Part shown: piece after piece, positions 23,648 to 27,034 of the stretch
Layout of the letters: every line of letters begins with the position of its first letter
Numbering within the stretch: position 1 is the stretch's first letter
Position numbers and translations under genes: made by a program
Notes under the pieces: model-generated
What the model was told of the DNA's origin: nothing
The model's input: only the letters and a program-made list of their open reading frames with translations
The model's database searches: none
Virus record (IMG/VR): IMGVR_UViG_3300032373_000094
Location: 1-27,034 of that record
DNA: 27,034 nucleotides
Reading direction: 5' to 3' (one strand)
From: a virus
Taxonomy: Duplodnaviria; Caudoviricetes

Positions 23648-24490
23648 ATGGAAGAAGAGCAAACCCTCGCCCCTGCGGTGGCGAGTGATGATGACGTGAC
23701 GGAAAACGAAACCATCACGCAAACCGAAGAAGTGTCAGAAGAGACGCAAGAAACGGAAGGGCAGGAAGAAGGCCAGCCCGCCTCGGAGTCGGAAGGTGAA
23801 GAGGAAACAGTCAGCCCCGCAAAGGCCCGCCGCGAACGGCGCAGGGCCGAGGTGCGACGGTTAAAAGATAGTGAAGCGCAGGCGCAAAAGGAATTGGCCG
23901 AAACGAAGGTCAAACTTGAACGCTTGCAGCAAGTTGCACAAGAATCGCAGCCCCCCAGGCAAGAGGATTACGCCAATTACGATGACTTCCTGGCGGCAAA
24001 AACGGCCCATCATAGCCTTGCCGCTATCGACAACCGCCAAAAGCGTGAGTTGGAAATGGAAGCGGAGCGGAAAGCGGCTGAAATCAGCAGTATCTCCGAG
24101 CAGGAACAGCGGGAAATGGCCCAAAATTGGGCCGACCAAGCTGGCGAGGCACGGAGCAAATACACCGATTTCGACACCGTTGTAACCGCCGGAGATTTGC
24201 CAATTACGCCCTCTATGGCCCGCGTGATTGCCTCGTCCGACCTTGGCGCAGACATCGCTTATCACCTTGGGACAAACAAAGCGGAAGCGGCGCGGATTGC
24301 GCAAATGAGTGACCTTGAAATGGCGCGGAACCTAGGGGCAATCGAGGCTCGTCTATCCATGCCGAAGGTCAAAACCCAAACTACTGCCCCCGATCCGGTT
24401 ACACCCGTGCGCCCGAAGGCCACGGCGACCAAAGACCCGGAAAAAATGACACCGGCTGAATACCGTGCATGGCGTGAGGGCAAAAAATAA
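23648..24490 (+). CDS. Scaffolding protein
   Basis: Acidic N-terminus, coiled coil, located between portal and coat, ends MTPAEYRAWR. Confidence 0.8.
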   Translation: MEEEQTLAPAVASDDDVTENETITQTEEVSEETQETEGQEEGQPASESEGEEETVSPAKARRERRRAEVRRLKDSEAQAQKELAETKVKLERLQQVAQESQPPRQEDYANYDDFLAAKTAHHSLAAIDNRQKRELEMEAERKAAEISSISEQEQREMAQNWADQAGEARSKYTDFDTVVTAGDLPITPSMARVIASSDLGADIAYHLGTNKAEAARIAQMSDLEMARNLGAIEARLSMPKVKTQTTAPDPVTPVRPKATATKDPEKMTPAEYRAWREGKK

Positions 24491-24502
24491 GGAACCGAAG
24501 AA

Positions 24503-25744
24503 ATGGCTAACACACTTGTAACGCCAACCAAGATCGCCAAAGAGGCGCTCATGCAGTTGGAGAACAGTCTTGTGATGGGCAATCGCGTCCATCGCGAGTT
24601 CAAGAAGGAATTTACCGGCGGGCAGGGGAGCACTGTCTCCATCCGCAAGCCGGTCAAGTTCTACACCGCAGACGGCGCAACTCGCGTCAACCAGGATGCG
24701 GAAGAGAAAACCACCTCTATCGCCGTCGACCAGCGCAAGCATGTTTCGTGGAAGTTTTCCACGCAGGATCTGACCCTTTCCATTGAGGAATATTCTGAAC
24801 GGTATATTAAGCCCGCGATGATCACCCTCGCAAACACGGTCGATAAGTCCCTGCATGGCCTTTACACGAATGTGTGGAACGCAGTTGGAACGCCCGGCAC
24901 CACGCCATCAACCTTTGCGCATGTCGCGGCAGCGGCGCAGCGCATGGATGAAATGGCGGTCGGCGCTGATAACCGGTCGATGATCCTGAACCCGGCTGCG
25001 GGCTATGGTGTTGCTGGCAATCAGCTAACGCTTGATTCTGTCGGTGCGATGGGCAAAAGCGCCTATGAGGAAGCCGCGATTGGCCGTATCGCCAAGTTTG
25101 CGACATTCGGGACGCAGAACGTCCAAAGCCATACTGTTGGCGTGGCCACGGGCACTCCGCTGGTCAATGGCGGGTCTCAGAATGTCACCTATGCAAACGC
25201 AACCGGTGCAAACTCGCAATCCCTGATTACTGACGGTTGGACCAATTCCACAACCGGCATTCTCAAGGCTGGCGATGTGTTCACCATTGCGGGCGTTTAC
25301 GCGGTCAACCCTGTTCCGGGCGAGGGCACCACTGGTAAAACGGTTATGCCGTATTTGCAGCAGTTCGCAGTATTGGCTGATGCAAACTCCGGCGCGACTA
25401 CTGGCCCGGCCACGCTGACGATCTCTCCGGCGATCATCACTAGCGGTCCTTATCAGACCGTTGATGCGGCACCTGCGGACAATGCGGCAATCACGGTCAT
25501 GGGGACGGGCGCAACCGCCTATCCGCAGAACCTCGGTTTCCACAAAAACGCATTTGCCCTTGTGACTGTTCCGCTTGAAATGCCCGATGGCGCGGCGTTC
25601 AAGGCAAGGGAAAGCCATAACGGCCTGTCTGTGCGGGTTGTGAAGGACTACGATATCGACGCGGACGAGGACATCATCCGACTTGATATCCTCTATGGTC
25701 GCAAGGCAATCTATCCCGACCTTGCCGCCCGCCTCTTTGGCTAA
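24503..25744 (+). CDS. Major capsid protein, P22 gp5-like
   Basis: MANTLVTP..IAKEAL, G.TVSIRKP, LKAGDVFTIAGV, RLDILYG. Confidence 0.92.
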   Translation: MANTLVTPTKIAKEALMQLENSLVMGNRVHREFKKEFTGGQGSTVSIRKPVKFYTADGATRVNQDAEEKTTSIAVDQRKHVSWKFSTQDLTLSIEEYSERYIKPAMITLANTVDKSLHGLYTNVWNAVGTPGTTPSTFAHVAAAAQRMDEMAVGADNRSMILNPAAGYGVAGNQLTLDSVGAMGKSAYEEAAIGRIAKFATFGTQNVQSHTVGVATGTPLVNGGSQNVTYANATGANSQSLITDGWTNSTTGILKAGDVFTIAGVYAVNPVPGEGTTGKTVMPYLQQFAVLADANSGATTGPATLTISPAIITSGPYQTVDAAPADNAAITVMGTGATAYPQNLGFHKNAFALVTVPLEMPDGAAFKARESHNGLSVRVVKDYDIDADEDIIRLDILYGRKAIYPDLAARLFG

Positions 25745-25752
25745 TCAACAAC

Positions 25753-25776
25753 GGGCGGGGCTTAACGGCCCCGCCT
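25753..25776 (+). other. Hairpin after the capsid gene (weak terminator or mRNA stabiliser)
   Basis: GGGCGGGGCT-TAAC-GGCCCCGCCT; no U tract. Confidence 0.55.
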
Positions 25777-25795
25777 ACTCAAACAGAGGTGTGCC

Positions 25796-26173
25796 ATGGC
25801 GACCGTCCGCGAAATCATATCCCGCTCGATGCGCAAGATCGGCCTTATCGGTCCTCGGGAAGAAGCCGAGGCGGAAGAAATGGCCGAGGCTCTGGACGCA
25901 TTCAACGCGATGTTTCATGGGTGGAAACTGCGCGGCGTTGACCTGACGCACACAGATGTAACACTGAATGACACATTCCCGCTTGGGCAGGAATACGAGG
26001 AGGGAACTGTTTTCCTACTCGCGGCGCGGATCTCTCCTGATTACGAGATTCCAGCGCGGTTTGATGCGGACGACTGGTTCCGCACGTTCCAGGCGGCATA
26101 TTTCGCAACGAATGAAGCAACAATCGCGCCGGGCCTGTTGAATATGCCCTCACAACGCACGTGGTTTAGCTAA
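25796..26173 (+). CDS. Head-tail adaptor, P22 gp4-like
   Basis: TVREII..SMRKIG.......EALDAFNAM...W, LAARI.PDY; position after the coat gene. Confidence 0.7.
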   Translation: MATVREIISRSMRKIGLIGPREEAEAEEMAEALDAFNAMFHGWKLRGVDLTHTDVTLNDTFPLGQEYEEGTVFLLAARISPDYEIPARFDADDWFRTFQAAYFATNEATIAPGLLNMPSQRTWFS

Positions 26174-27034
26174 TGGTAAGCCTGACTTTCGCCGGGCAAT
26201 CCGCGCGCGACCAGGATAACGAGCAGGGCAATTCAGGGCGGCTAATTAACTGTTACCGTGAGCCATTGCCGCCGGGCGGTAAGTCAACCCATGCGATCAA
26301 GTCTGTCCTTGGCATGACCGAGTTTGTTACCCTGCCAGATTTGCATGTGCGCGACATGACATTTCTCGGTAGCTCGTTCTATGTTATGGCCAGCGATACG
26401 CTCTACAGCATTGGTCAAACTGGCACGGCAACGGCACTGGGAACCACTGTAAGCGCAGAGGGCGCGCAGATATTCGGCAACAAGACTCTAGCAAATCAAA
26501 ATGTCTGTGTCGTCTCCGATGGCAGGTATTTTGTCTGGGATGGGTCTACCATGAGTGAGCCGACTTCTGGCGCGTTTTCAGCATTTGGTTCTGGCGACTT
26601 TCTCAGCGGTTATGTCCTGCTAACTGAGGAGGACGGGCAGCGGCTACAATGGTCTGACTTGGCAGATCCCACGTCATTACCGGGGCTTAACTTCGCAACG
26701 ATGGAAGGGCGAGACGATAACAACTTGCGCGTTATGGCGATTGGCGGGCGCGCTTGGATTATGAAGGAACGGTCTATTGAGGTCTGGTATCCGACCGGGC
26801 AGGCCGGTGCCAACGCATTCGCGCGGATGACGGGCGCGGTCTATGACATCGGTCTGAAATCAAAACGCCTTGCGGCCAAGTTCAACGGCGGCGCGTTCTT
26901 TGTTGGGTCTGATGGCATTGTTTACCTTACCGATGGTGCCACAAGGCAACCAATATCAAGTTCTGCCGTTGAAACGGCAATCCGGTATTCAGACCCGACA
27001 ACATGTTTCAGCTATACCGACGAGGGGCACAAGT
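26173..27034 (+). CDS. DNA stabilisation / tail hub protein, P22 gp10-like, 3'-truncated
   Basis: ATG 26173 (TAATG overlap): MVSLTFAGQSARD...RLINCYRE..., later WSDLAD...FATMEGRDD...SIEVWY; runs off the window end. Confidence 0.75.
   Translation, partial: MVSLTFAGQSARDQDNEQGNSGRLINCYREPLPPGGKSTHAIKSVLGMTEFVTLPDLHVRDMTFLGSSFYVMASDTLYSIGQTGTATALGTTVSAEGAQIFGNKTLANQNVCVVSDGRYFVWDGSTMSEPTSGAFSAFGSGDFLSGYVLLTEEDGQRLQWSDLADPTSLPGLNFATMEGRDDNNLRVMAIGGRAWIMKERSIEVWYPTGQAGANAFARMTGAVYDIGLKSKRLAAKFNGGAFFVGSDGIVYLTDGATRQPISSSAVETAIRYSDPTTCFSYTDEGHK

Noticed and set aside
20729-25618. Long minus-strand ORFs (e.g. 20729-21412, 21932-22642, 25025-25618)
   Set aside because: Antisense shadows of terminase, portal and capsid genes in GC-rich DNA; no recognisable motifs.

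Overview
A 27-kb segment of a tailed dsDNA phage with lambdoid gene order and P22-like (podovirus-type) head genes. The host is probably alphaproteobacterial (Rhodobacteraceae-like), which is an inference from gene style. Order: 3' part of a tailspike (1-1812); lysis cassette (two membrane proteins, GH19 endolysin, holin, overlapping spanins); a reverse-strand accessory cassette (small DNA-binding-like protein plus ParB/DGQHR-like protein) with twin palindromic operators; a leftward early operon of small genes including a C5-methyltransferase-like gene; a divergent promoter region with a single Cro-like regulator; a rightward recombination/replication operon (Gp157, Rad52/Sak, NinB, HNH, amino-methyltransferase, RusA, initiator with iterons, DnaA-C domain, SSB); a putative late regulator with promoter, terminator and a degenerate tRNA-Trp; then TerS, TerL, portal, scaffold, coat, gp4 and a partial gp10. 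No integrase or CI-type repressor is recognisable, although the whole lysis-to-terminase interval is present. The best leads are the operator-gated ParB-like cassette at the usual integration position and a repeat-delimited pair of candidate anti-defence genes. All product calls come from motif recognition by eye; no database search was run.
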